Shown here: piece after piece, positions 10,468 through 20,158 of the stretch
How positions within the stretch are numbered: the first letter of the stretch is position 1
Layout of the letters: every line of letters begins with the position of its first letter
Virus record (IMG/VR): IMGVR_UViG_3300011986_000206
Reading direction: 5' to 3' (one strand)
DNA: 64,000 nt
DNA from: a virus
Made by a program: the position numbers and the translations under genes
Notes under the pieces: model-generated
Databases searched by the model: none
Seen by the model: the letters and a program-made list of their open reading frames with translations, nothing else
Told to the model about the DNA's origin: nothing

Positions 10468-11235
10468 TTATTTCATTTGATTTGACTGGATAATCTTAAC
10501 AAAATATTTTTTAATAAAGTTTTTAGATTTTTCATAATAAATTTTATCTGTTGATTTAGTATATGAAATATATTTATTAAATAGCTCTTCGTCTTCAAAG
10601 AATCTAATTAATTCATTATAAGTTTCTAAACTCATTTCTTTAATTCCAGATTTGTAATCTTTAAAACTTTCCACAATTTCAGGATTTAGTTTATCACTTT
10701 TAAAAACTTCATAAGGATTTTGTTCTAAAATTTCTTTAAAAAGAAACATCTTAGCTTTTGCTTTATTAATTTCTTTTTCAGAAAATGATTCAATTTTTTG
10801 AGAACGTTTTAGAAATTGCTTTCCAGTAAAATACATATTAGAACTAAATGTATCAGTTCCATATGTTTCAAATAAATCTAATAGATTTTCTAATGTTTCT
10901 TTAAAATCAGGTTTCACATAAGTCAATTTAGTTAAACATTCAACTAAATTAAAACTTGACTTGAATAAATTTTTAGGAATAGATTGTAAAGTAATTGTTT
11001 GAACTGAAATTGATTCATTTACTTCTAAAGATTCATTTTGTTTAACACTTTCTTTAAAAAACAAATCATCTAGTTTAGGTAAAACAATTGCTGTAAAATC
11101 ATAATCTGAATTATCAAGATGAAGATTAAGATGGCGACTTCCTCTCAACCCCAAAGCTAGAACTGTAAGATTTTTTGTTTTAAGATAATCAAGAACCTTA
11201 TTTGTTTGTTCCATATATTCAGTATAGATTTTCAT
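10468..11235 (-). CDS. Pol-beta superfamily nucleotidyltransferase (YcgL/RlaP-like)
   Basis: GSRxxxLxxxNSDYD motif. Confidence 0.75.
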   Translation of the reverse strand: MKIYTEYMEQTNKVLDYLKTKNLTVLALGLRGSRHLNLHLDNSDYDFTAIVLPKLDDLFFKESVKQNESLEVNESISVQTITLQSIPKNLFKSSFNLVECLTKLTYVKPDFKETLENLLDLFETYGTDTFSSNMYFTGKQFLKRSQKIESFSEKEINKAKAKMFLFKEILEQNPYEVFKSDKLNPEIVESFKDYKSGIKEMSLETYNELIRFFEDEELFNKYISYTKSTDKIYYEKSKNFIKKYFVKIIQSNQMK

Positions 11236-11355
11236 TTATCATTTCTCTCTTTCTATTTATAATCTAATTATATAAAAATAAAATCTTTTTGTCAATACTT
11301 AAAAGTAAAAATAAAGATAACAAAAATAAGTTATCTTTATTTTAAATCTTTTAAC

Positions 11356-11661
11356 TCAATTGAACTTAATTGCCTCTAGAGCTTCTTCTTTTGATTCATA
11401 AATATCTGGAAAATAAGTATTTACTTTTTCATTATTAATAATAATTTTTAATGGAATATATAAATCAACGGCTTCAATAATTACAACTAATTCGTTTTCA
11501 GTATCTTTAATATATTCATAATCAGTATAATCTTCTAGCCCTTTGTTAATAACTAATTTTGCATCATCAATAGTTTTAATTAAGGGATTTTTACAAATCA
11601 AGTACTCAATTCCATTTTCAAGTGTGTCCATATTTTTATTACCTTTCTTTTTATTTATCAT
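11356..11661 (-). CDS. hypothetical protein (start probably ATG 11631)
   Basis: acidic ORF, GAAAGG RBS before second Met. Confidence 0.65.
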   Translation of the reverse strand: MINKKKGNKNMDTLENGIEYLICKNPLIKTIDDAKLVINKGLEDYTDYEYIKDTENELVVIIEAVDLYIPLKIIINNEKVNTYFPDIYESKEEALEAIKFN

Positions 11662-11706
11662 ATTAATTTTATCATAATCTATAACAAAAAAACAAGTATT
11701 TCTGAG

Positions 11707-12201
11707 CTATTTTTCTTCTAGCTCAATTAATTCTTTTGTAATTGATTCAACTAAATATTTATGATGTTCTAATTCTTTCTTAAGTCTAGTAATTTTTTCT
11801 TCTCTTTCAGCTTGAATAGTTTCTTTTAAAGAAGGCATATATCCTGCATAACCATAGAATGTTTCATGCTCTTTAATAAATTTAATCATCTGCTCTTCAG
11901 TAGCAAATAAATAAACTGTTTCTTCGTCAAAAAAGATAAATGAACCAATAGATTCTTGAAATTTCTTTTCAACTGTTTTCTCTGTTTTTAGTTCTTTTAC
12001 TTTTCCAGTTTTAGTAACAAACTTGACTTCTTTTGAACTATCTTCAGAATATAGTTTATGTCCTGTATATTTTCTCAAAGCATACTCTAATTTTGTAGCT
12101 TCTTTTTCTTCTGTTGTTAATAAAACAACCATTTCTTTTAATGTTGTATGAAATTCTCTAAATAAGAATTTCATCTCAATAAGTTCTTTAATTTCTTTCA
12201 T
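11707..12201 (-). CDS. hypothetical protein
   Basis: 164-aa ORF with RBS. Confidence 0.75.
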   Translation of the reverse strand: MKEIKELIEMKFLFREFHTTLKEMVVLLTTEEKEATKLEYALRKYTGHKLYSEDSSKEVKFVTKTGKVKELKTEKTVEKKFQESIGSFIFFDEETVYLFATEEQMIKFIKEHETFYGYAGYMPSLKETIQAEREEKITRLKKELEHHKYLVESITKELIELEEK

Positions 12202-12342
12202 TTTTAATTACCTTTTCCTATTAATCTAATTTACTTTTTATTTGATATACATGTATACGACTGGTTTATCTTCTTCAATCTCAATTGAAATTTCTTCAAT
12301 TTTAAAATCATCAAATTTAGAATCTTCAGTTTTATTATAAAT

Positions 12343-13925
12343 TTTACCTGTAAGATGATTGTTGTTCATAATTGATACTTTTGGTAATTACCTAAAAGTG
12401 AATTACAAACTGATACCTCATTAAGAGGACGAACTCCTAATTCAACTTTAATTGTTGAATCAAGTACATTCGTTAGAAATACCACAATTTGAGTATTTCC
12501 TTTAAGTTTATTTACTTTTTCTTTTATTTCTTTCTTATTAGATTTTGTTTTAACTCGTTTAGTCTTTACTTTCTTAGGTAAAGACTTTTTAAGTTTTATA
12601 TTTGTAGAACGTATTGCAAGATTTATTGAAGCTAATAAATCTCTATCAATCTCACCTGTTGTGAATTGTACTATTCTATCTTTCACTTTACCTACTTCTT
12701 TAGTAATAGGATGCTCTTTACTAGAATTATATGCTGATACTCGTTTTACTCTTATTCCATACATAGAAGCTTTTTCTTCTATCTTTGTATGTATATTAGA
12801 GTGATTCCATTTACCTCCTTGACTATTTAACCATTTTAAATTTTCAATATGTATTGTTTTACATTTATTCTGTAATGCTAGTTGAACTATCTCATTTGAA
12901 ATTAGTTTTGATTGATAGTCTTTACTGTTTGTTATCTTGTTCCTTATATTACTATATAATGTTTTCCATGTATTATATTTTGATTCATCAGTTAAATTTA
13001 AATTATCATAAGCTTTAATTTTGTTAAATAAAATTTGTTTATTTTCATAAAGTCTATTAATCTTATCTTCAATCTTTTGACTTCTTTTAGTGTTAATATA
13101 TTCATCACTAAATGTTCCATCTTTATACATAATAACAGAACTAAATAATTTAATTTTACCTATATCTACACCTAAAATCTTATCTTCTAAATTATAATCT
13201 CCAATTTCATATTCATAAGAACATATACCAATATATTGATTGTCTCTTTTTCTTTTGATAAATCTAGGTTTAGCTATTCTACCAGTAAATCTAGAATCTA
13301 TGCTAGAAGGAAAGATAATCTCATAATCAATCCAATCTTTTTTATTAATTTTGATTTTACAAACATTATTATTTATAAGTCGGAAGAATTGTTTTTCAGA
13401 AATAGAATAATCAAGATTAAAGGTAGCATTATAAGCTAGTTCCGGGATCTTCTCTGCTCTTTTAATATTAGAAATTCGACTTCTAGTAGGGTATAACTTT
13501 AGTTTATGGAGGTTATCAAATAAAGTTTCATCTATAAGATAATTATTTTTAACTAATTCATTATATATGATAATAGCTTCTTTTTTAGAGTTTAATTCTC
13601 TTCTTAGATTTTCAAATAGAATATAGGAGTGCCATGTTTTATTATGAAGTGTCCATTCATTAATTCTCCACTTTAAAACATCTCTCATTTCTCTCCATAT
13701 ATTACCCTTATGAAGAGATAAATCAATATTATTTAATAAATCTCTTGTTTCAGGATTTGAAAGAATAAAATTTAATTCATTTTGTAAAAAATCATAGATA
13801 GGAATTAATTCAACGGGCATTTTAATATTGAATGATTTCCAATTAGTATTTTTTTTCATCAATCATCCTTTCTCCCTGATTATTACTAAATATTTCTTTT
13901 TTATATCTTTTTTATGTTACAGTTG
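12343..13925 (-). mobile_element. TnpB-only insertion flanked by 12-bp direct repeats
   Basis: TTTATTATAAAT at 12331-12342 and 13926-13937; no transposase inside. Confidence 0.85.
12366..13862 (-). CDS. tnpB: TnpB/Cas12f-like RNA-guided nuclease
   Basis: RuvC-I LGVDIG, RuvC-II IHIENL, RuvC-III DRDLLASINLA. Confidence 0.85.
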   Translation of the reverse strand: MMKKNTNWKSFNIKMPVELIPIYDFLQNELNFILSNPETRDLLNNIDLSLHKGNIWREMRDVLKWRINEWTLHNKTWHSYILFENLRRELNSKKEAIIIYNELVKNNYLIDETLFDNLHKLKLYPTRSRISNIKRAEKIPELAYNATFNLDYSISEKQFFRLINNNVCKIKINKKDWIDYEIIFPSSIDSRFTGRIAKPRFIKRKRDNQYIGICSYEYEIGDYNLEDKILGVDIGKIKLFSSVIMYKDGTFSDEYINTKRSQKIEDKINRLYENKQILFNKIKAYDNLNLTDESKYNTWKTLYSNIRNKITNSKDYQSKLISNEIVQLALQNKCKTIHIENLKWLNSQGGKWNHSNIHTKIEEKASMYGIRVKRVSAYNSSKEHPITKEVGKVKDRIVQFTTGEIDRDLLASINLAIRSTNIKLKKSLPKKVKTKRVKTKSNKKEIKEKVNKLKGNTQIVVFLTNVLDSTIKVELGVRPLNEVSVCNSLLGNYQKYQL

Positions 13926-14015
13926 TTTATTATAAATATCCCAATTTAGATTATCATCAGTAGGTGCATATACAACAATCATTGCATCTTTAATAATTTC
14001 TTTTGCTTCTTTAAC

Positions 14016-14082
14016 TTTCATTTTACATTCTCTCTTTCTCTTTATGTCTTAATTATATAATAATAAAAAAGATTTGTCAATA
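14016..14082 (-). repeat. 67-bp promoter/RBS/start cassette, copy 1
   Basis: 66/67 identical to 14517-14583; contains -35, -10, RBS and ATG. Confidence 0.9.
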
Positions 14083-14222
14083 CAAAAATTAAAAATCTTT
14101 TATTATTTTAGTTATTTATTTAAAATAAAAAAGCATATTAATTACAATATGCTTTTTTAATTTCTTAAATATAATTTTTATGAGGTTTCTTTATAATTAA
14201 CAACAATTTGTTAATATAGAAA

Positions 14223-14522
14223 TTAAAATGGACGTTTATTTTCTAACTCTTCAATTTTTTCAGTGAAATTTTTAATTTCTTCAAGTTTATGAATTAAATC
14301 AGAAATATAGAAGCATACATAATTTTCTGTTTTTTCATGATTATAACAAACATTATAAACAATTCGATAACGATTTTTATCATAATCATAATTATAATGT
14401 TCAACTTCTTCTACAGCAAATCAAAGATTTACATGATTTCCAATTATATAAAATTTACCTTCATTGTTTAATTTAATATTTGACTCTTTGTTAAATTTTA
14501 AGATAAAATCATTTAATTTCAT
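14223..14522 (-). pseudogene. 99-codon gene with in-frame TGA at codon 34
   Basis: MKLNDF...HVNL*FAVEEV...KRPF; TGA at 14421-14423; promoter and RBS intact. Confidence 0.7.
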
Positions 14523-14583
14523 TTTACATTCTCTCTTTCTCTTTATGCCTTAATTATATAATAATAAAAAAGATTTGTCAATA
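14517..14583 (-). repeat. 67-bp promoter/RBS/start cassette, copy 2
   Basis: direct repeat of 14016-14082. Confidence 0.9.
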
Positions 14584-14657
14584 TAAAAGTGAAATTTTTA
14601 AAAAATAAAAAAGATAGTTTTATTTCTATCTTTTTTTATATTTATTTAAAAATATTT

Positions 14658-15065
14658 TTAACCTTCAATAGCTTTCTTAATCGCTTCTAAAGATTTTTCT
14701 AATGTAATATTTTTATCTAATTCTGAAATCATAAATTTAAATTCAGATTTAATTTCTTCTTCTTTAATAAAACCAATAAATTTTCTAGGAGCTCCTTCAT
14801 TATTTCCTTTATATCCAATAGTAATTGAATATCCATCTGGACCTCCTGAAAATTGACCAAATTGTTCAGGTTTTAAAAAGATAAAAAAGTCTTCATAATA
14901 ATTTTCAAGCCTAATATTATTTGTTAATGATGTTTTAATTATTTTGTGAATTTCTTCTTTATTAAGATAATTTTCAAATTCTTTTCTAAGTTTCTCAATA
15001 TAATCTTGTTGTTTGTTATATTCTTCAACGAGTTGTTTTAGACTTGTGTTTTTTTTGATTTCCAT
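14658..15065 (-). CDS. hypothetical protein
   Basis: 135-aa ORF. Confidence 0.7.
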   Translation of the reverse strand: MEIKKNTSLKQLVEEYNKQQDYIEKLRKEFENYLNKEEIHKIIKTSLTNNIRLENYYEDFFIFLKPEQFGQFSGGPDGYSITIGYKGNNEGAPRKFIGFIKEEEIKSEFKFMISELDKNITLEKSLEAIKKAIEG

Positions 15066-15140
15066 TTTGATAACTACTTTCTATTTTTTAAATATATTTA
15101 TTTTATATAAAAATTACTTTTTTCATTAAAATCCTTTGAT

Positions 15141-15896
15141 TTAAGTAAACATTTTGTCAAAATCAAATTCAACTGATGAAGCATCCTCTCCTTTTTCTAG
15201 GGCTAAACGATATTTCCTCATTTTTTGATAATCAACTTCAACTCTTGTATAAACTGAGATGTCAACTTTATGTTCCAATCCCAATCGAATTTCTTGCATT
15301 TGTAAATGGTCAAATTCTCTCTTTACATAAACTGAAACATCTAATTCTTTTTCAAGTCCTAGACGAATCTCTCTCATTTTGAACTGATTAAAATAAAACT
15401 GAGCATAAAGACTAACATCAAGATTTTTTTCAAGGCCAAGTCGAATTTCCTTCATTTGATAATACTCATAACTTGGATTACTATAAATTTTTACATCTAA
15501 TCCTTTTTCTAGACCTAAACGGACCTCTCTCATTTGGTCATAATTAAACTCAGGCATAGCATAAATAGAAATATTAAGTCCATTTTTTAGACCTAATTTA
15601 ATTTCATTCATAGATTTATAATCAAAGTAATTTTTAGCATAGATACTTACATTTAAACCTAGTTCTAATCCTTCACGAATCTCTCTCATTTGTAGATGAT
15701 TAAATTCAGGTCTAGAATACCATAAAACATTTAAATCCTTTTCAATACCTAATTTAATTTCATTTCTTTGATTTTCATCAAACATATATTTAGTTGTAAT
15801 CTCATTATATAAATTTTCTCTTTTTTCATAAGTTAATGCTTCTTCTTTATTGTAAAAGAATTTTTCTCCTACAAGATAAACTGTTTTTGTTTCCAT
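15141..15896 (-). CDS. 26-aa helical repeat protein
   Basis: about 7 regular repeats. Confidence 0.9.
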   Translation of the reverse strand: METKTVYLVGEKFFYNKEEALTYEKRENLYNEITTKYMFDENQRNEIKLGIEKDLNVLWYSRPEFNHLQMREIREGLELGLNVSIYAKNYFDYKSMNEIKLGLKNGLNISIYAMPEFNYDQMREVRLGLEKGLDVKIYSNPSYEYYQMKEIRLGLEKNLDVSLYAQFYFNQFKMREIRLGLEKELDVSVYVKREFDHLQMQEIRLGLEHKVDISVYTRVEVDYQKMRKYRLALEKGEDASSVEFDFDKMFT

Positions 15897-15930
15897 TTTT
15901 ATTCTCTCTTTCTTAATAATTTATTTTTAA

Positions 15931-16305
15931 TCAACTAAATAATTTTTTAAAGAAACCTTTATTTTTTTCTTTTTCAGCATTGTTTAATTGTTCAATTTTT
16001 TCATCTAATTTTTCTTTTGCTAATGTAATAGATGTTTTTGGAACAACAAACCTATGTTCTTCATTTTCAATTAAATTTTCATCCCTATAACAATCTAGAT
16101 ATAGATAGTCAGCATAATATTTCAAATCATCTTCAATTTTAATAGAAGATAGAAAGTCAGTAAACATAGAGTTTTTCAAATAAGTAGGTGCACCAGGAAG
16201 ATGGCAATCTTTCATCCATTGAAAATACAAATCATAGATGTAACCTACTAGCATTTTTTCAGCAGTTGTTAATTCTTTATATTGTTTTTTATTTGGAATA
16301 TACAT
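15931..16305 (-). CDS. hypothetical protein, paralog of 823..1140
   Basis: shared N-terminal motif; consensus promoter 16347-16375. Confidence 0.8.
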   Translation of the reverse strand: MYIPNKKQYKELTTAEKMLVGYIYDLYFQWMKDCHLPGAPTYLKNSMFTDFLSSIKIEDDLKYYADYLYLDCYRDENLIENEEHRFVVPKTSITLAKEKLDEKIEQLNNAEKEKNKGFFKKLFS

Positions 16306-16428
16306 AATATTATAGTCCTATTCTTTTTGAATTTATTTATATAATTATTATACAACTTTTATTAAATTTTGTCAATAGATAAGTAATTTAAAAACATAGT
16401 TAGTAAGTAACCTAACTATGTTTTTCTT

Positions 16429-17298
16429 TTAAGAATAATATTTTTTAATATCTTCTTTTACTCGATTCATAAAACCTTCAGGTCTTTCAGCTAAACTTCT
16501 TGTATAAAAAGTTTCAGGAGAAACTCCAATAACAGGAATTATTTTTTTATTTTTCAGCAATTCAAAAATAGTTTCATTAAAATAATTAATATATTTTTCA
16601 TTTGAAAAATAAGGTAAAAAAATACTTACAATTTTAAATGTATTATTTGTTTCTTTAACAGCATATCCTGCAAAATCAAAAAGTTTTCTATCTTCATAAG
16701 TTAAGAAATTTTCATCTCGAATAATAGGGCGTCTATTCTTATAGTTTCCTTCGGGCATTTTAGGGATTGTAATGTATCTACAACTATATAATCTTCCTCC
16801 TGAAAATACTTTAAAGAAATCTTCATCAGTTAAAGTTTCTGAAGAATTATTATTTTCTTTAAACTCTTTCATACTTTTAATAAAATTTTCCCAATCAGTC
16901 TTTTCTTGCTTTTTTCTAGCTTCTTCTTTTTCTTTTTTCTCAATTTTTTCTTGTTCTATCATTTTAGGAGTTTTAAATGGAACAGAAGCAGAAAGTTCAT
17001 CAGAATAAACAAATTTAAAAGTATTTAAAGTAAAAGGAGTATATTCTTTTTTCTTATTTGGTTTTTTAAGAGAAATCTTAATAAAATAAGAGTCACTTTC
17101 ATCTTCAGGAGAAACTTTAATAATTTTAAAATCTTTTCCGTATAGAACAATGTCTCCCTCAAAATCAATCATATGTGTTTCTTTCATAAGATTTAATGTT
17201 GCTTCAATATTCAATTTAAATTTATCTCGAAAATAAACAGATTCAATTAAATTTACATCATTAATCAAATCTATAAGATTATCATAAGAACTATTCAT
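16429..17298 (-). CDS. hypothetical protein
   Basis: 289-aa ORF, GAGGTG RBS. Confidence 0.8.
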   Translation of the reverse strand: MNSSYDNLIDLINDVNLIESVYFRDKFKLNIEATLNLMKETHMIDFEGDIVLYGKDFKIIKVSPEDESDSYFIKISLKKPNKKKEYTPFTLNTFKFVYSDELSASVPFKTPKMIEQEKIEKKEKEEARKKQEKTDWENFIKSMKEFKENNNSSETLTDEDFFKVFSGGRLYSCRYITIPKMPEGNYKNRRPIIRDENFLTYEDRKLFDFAGYAVKETNNTFKIVSIFLPYFSNEKYINYFNETIFELLKNKKIIPVIGVSPETFYTRSLAERPEGFMNRVKEDIKKYYS

Positions 17299-17325
17299 TT
17301 TTTCACCTCTTTATAATTCTTTACT

Positions 17326-17463
17326 TTATATAATAATTCCATAGCTAACAACTGTTAAATGTTCAATTTCAACATCTCTTTCTCTTCCTTCATCATAAGT
17401 AATAAGTTCTTCATTTTCAAGTCCTCGTTCCAGGGCCCATTGATAAAGTTCATTAATAGTCAT
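17326..17463 (-). CDS. small hypothetical protein (45 aa, not in ORF track)
   Basis: MTINELYQWALERGLENE..., GAGGT RBS, fills operon gap. Confidence 0.6.
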   Translation of the reverse strand: MTINELYQWALERGLENEELITYDEGRERDVEIEHLTVVSYGIII

Positions 17464-17487
17464 AGTTTTTTTACCTCGTTCTATTTT

Positions 17488-17721
17488 TTATTTTGTAAAT
17501 TTACTAGTTTTAAGATTTTTGTAAAGAACAGCATATCCACGTTTTTTGCTATAAGGACAATTTTCTTTTGCATATTTTTTATCTTTATATGTACCCCAAG
17601 GTTTCATATATTGAGAAATTGTTTCTTCATTTGTTGTTGTAAGACCATTTTTAATTAAATCCATAACTTCTGATTCAAATAAAGATGTTTTTGTTTTATC
17701 ATAAATCCAAACTTCTATCAT
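17488..17721 (-). CDS. hypothetical protein
   Basis: ORF behind consensus promoter 17766-17794. Confidence 0.7.
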   Translation of the reverse strand: MIEVWIYDKTKTSLFESEVMDLIKNGLTTTNEETISQYMKPWGTYKDKKYAKENCPYSKKRGYAVLYKNLKTSKFTK

Positions 17722-17809
17722 TTTTATTTCCTTATATTCCTTTAGAATTTATTTTTTATAATTTAATTATACAATTGTTTCATAAATTTGTCAATAGTAA
17801 TCTTTTACT

Positions 17810-18137
17810 GATGACAAAAATTTTATAGAAGAATTGGAAGTAAGACTAATTTTTATTTGGATTATAGTTAGTTCTCTCATTAAATCTTTATTACTTACAG
17901 CTATTTGTGGTACAAGAATTGTAGAATAGTGTCTATTCCATAATTCAAGATTGTTTTTCGTCCGTGACCACAATGACTATTTCATCTTAAATCAGATGAA
18001 CATTTTAATTTCATTTTCTTTTTAGTTTCACCACGTGGGAATTACAACTTTAAAGAGGATGAAAAGTTATTTCAATTTGAATTTCCACACAGAGCCAGAT
18101 ATCAATCACTTGGTCTTATTCTGGTTAAGCAGAAATA
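17810..18137 (-). ncRNA. putative omegaRNA/right-end RNA of the IS607 element
   Basis: GC-richer non-coding tract with hairpins directly downstream of tnpB; positional inference. Confidence 0.45.
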
Positions 18138-18515
18138 CTATGTTATTTTATCTTTTAGAAACATACCTCTACGAGCAATAACATAAGAAGCTCCCGAGTG
18201 TATATTTAATTTCATTTTAGAACAATATTTTTGTTTTGCTACCCAACTCGTCCATGCTGGATTAACTTTATGTAAGAAAATTCTGTTTTTGACACATTTT
18301 GAAGTTATAATAGAACCAAATTTAGAATAAGCAAGAGATGATAACATCTCATTATATTTTTTACCATTTTTTATGCAGTAATTTTTAATTCTATGAAAAG
18401 TCAACCGTTGAATTTTATTAAACAGTTCAATATAATCAGAAATGTATTTACTAACCAACTGATTATATTCTTTATTCAATTTTAATTCAGTTGTTACCGT
18501 AAATACATTACTCAT
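18138..18515 (-). pseudogene. tnpB: internally deleted TnpB
   Basis: short N-terminus fused to C-terminal KVNPAWTS...IHSGASYVIARRG; RuvC-I and II missing. Confidence 0.8.
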
Positions 18516-19113
18516 TATTTGATAATTTCTCCTTATTTAATAAAGCTAATAAGCTCTTTATATATTCCTCTAATTCTTGTTCAACTGATTTATTATTTTG
18601 TTCTGATTGCATTATAACAATTTTTACATTATGATGATTACAAATAGATTCTATATATTCAAAACCAAATCTAGTTAATCTCTCTTTATAAGTTATAAAG
18701 ATTCTATTTACTTCATCATTCAAAATCATGTCTATTAGTTTTAGAAGTTTCTTTCTTTTGCTATTCAATCCACTTCCTAATTCTTTTAAAATCAAAACAT
18801 TTTTTAAATCATCTCTATTAGAAAGAATATAATTAACCTGCTTATCTAAATCATCTTGTTTATAGGTTGATACTCTAGCATAAATAACATCTCTTTTAGA
18901 GAGTGATTCATCCTCATAGAACATATTTTTTGATTTTAAATATTCAATAAGAGTTTCTTTTGGAAGAACTCTTCTGTTAGTAGGACTTCTTTCAAAATTA
19001 AGAATACCTTTATTATCCCATTTTTGAATAGTTTTAGTAGATACTTGAAATAAATCAGCAACTTCTCCAGTTGTATAATAATTTTTATTTATATTTTCTC
19101 TTGTAAAAGCCAT
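18508..19113 (-). CDS. tnpA: IS607-family serine transposase
   Basis: N-terminal MerR-like HTH, YARVST, GSGLNxKR, ERLTRFG. Confidence 0.92.
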   Translation of the reverse strand: MAFTRENINKNYYTTGEVADLFQVSTKTIQKWDNKGILNFERSPTNRRVLPKETLIEYLKSKNMFYEDESLSKRDVIYARVSTYKQDDLDKQVNYILSNRDDLKNVLILKELGSGLNSKRKKLLKLIDMILNDEVNRIFITYKERLTRFGFEYIESICNHHNVKIVIMQSEQNNKSVEQELEEYIKSLLALLNKEKLSNNE

Positions 19114-19348
19114 ATTTACCTCTTATCACATATTATATATAAATAATATCAGAAAGTTAAATGGAGATATGTAGAACAATGTATATCAAACATATCATCA
19201 TTCTACATATTTTGTTACTACTGGTTTGTCTAGGAGTAATATTTGGATTCATATTTTTATTGGATTTATTTAGACTTATTTAATTAATGTCAAAACAAAA
19301 AGAAGGTTAATAAAATTAACTTTCTTTTTATTTTTATAATTTTATTTT

Positions 19349-19597
19349 TTATAAAATATTTTCTTCAAAATATTCAATTAATTCTTCTTCATTATTAAAC
19401 TTTTTACTAATCTTATTAACATTTAATTCATTATCTTTAGAAATTAAATTTAAATCATTAAAAATCTTTGTCCAATTGTTTTTTAAGCTTGAATTAGTTT
19501 CAAATTCATAATAAAAAGCTGTTTTACTTTTCTTATTAAAAAATAAAAATGTTACAAAGTTCCCATCATTATATGTTTCTACTAATTTGTTCTTCAT
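19349..19597 (-). CDS. hypothetical protein
   Basis: ORF with GAGGT RBS. Confidence 0.65.
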   Translation of the reverse strand: MKNKLVETYNDGNFVTFLFFNKKSKTAFYYEFETNSSLKNNWTKIFNDLNLISKDNELNVNKISKKFNNEEELIEYFEENIL

Positions 19598-19648
19598 AAA
19601 TCAAATACCTCTTATAATTTATTATTAATTATTATATAACTTTATATT

Positions 19649-20029
19649 TTATTGGTCTGCTGAGAATTTAAATTGAATTAATGAAGACTGCATATTTCCA
19701 TCATAAAATTCTTGAAACTCTTTTTCACTATTCGTAGAATCTTCTACTCTTTCCATATAATCAATAGTTGTACTATATACTTTATCGGGTGAGATATTTT
19801 CAAAACTTTCATCTCTTTCAAAAATAGCATATTGATTCCCTTTTGTAACTTTAACTTTAAAATAAATAAGAGCTTCAATTTGTAAATCATAATCAATTTC
19901 AAAAGTTCCACTCATAGATAGTAATTCAATTTTAAAATCTTTTGAGAATGGAACAATTTCAGTTTCAACTTTAATAGCATTAGAGCAAGTAATTTTTTTC
20001 ATTGTATCAACAGACCTTTCATTTTTCAT
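19649..20029 (-). CDS. hypothetical protein (start may be second Met)
   Basis: ORF behind consensus promoter 20036-20064. Confidence 0.7.
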   Translation of the reverse strand: MKNERSVDTMKKITCSNAIKVETEIVPFSKDFKIELLSMSGTFEIDYDLQIEALIYFKVKVTKGNQYAIFERDESFENISPDKVYSTTIDYMERVEDSTNSEKEFQEFYDGNMQSSLIQFKFSADQ

Positions 20030-20035
20030 ATTTTA

Positions 20036-20111
20036 ATTATATAATATTAAATATTTTTTGTCAAATGATTTATATAAAACTATTGACAATTTTTGTAAAT
20101 CGTTGTATAAT
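20036..20111. promoter_or_regulatory. back-to-back divergent consensus promoters
   Basis: minus: -35 20059-20064, -10 20036-20041; plus: -35 20083-20088, -10 20106-20111. Confidence 0.85.
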
Positions 20112-20158
20112 ACAACCATAATAAAAAATAATATAAAAAATCAAAAGGATAAAATATT

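Larger units (their letters stand above)
12238..14021 (-). pseudogene. 62-aa gene interrupted by the TnpB element
   Basis: 14021-13926 (MKVKEAK...WDIYNK) joins 12330-12238 (TEDSKF...YIK*) in frame; consensus promoter upstream. Confidence 0.85.
17800..19230 (-). mobile_element. IS607-family element with deleted tnpB (ends approximate)
   Basis: tnpA serine recombinase overlapping tnpB remnant, followed by about 330 nt of non-coding sequence. Confidence 0.8.

Noticed and set aside
12366..13862. Cas12f CRISPR effector
   Set aside because: No array or cas1/cas2 nearby, and the gene lies in a discrete insertion, so TnpB is the better call.
14421..14423. In-frame TGA suggesting TGA=Trp recoding
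   Set aside because: Many intact genes end in TGA (7561, 11356, 12366, 15931, 54608) and use TGG for Trp; a single nonsense change is simpler.
17791..17973. 60-aa ORF downstream of the tnpB remnant
   Set aside because: Lies in the IS right-end/omegaRNA tract and overlaps a promoter; no RBS.
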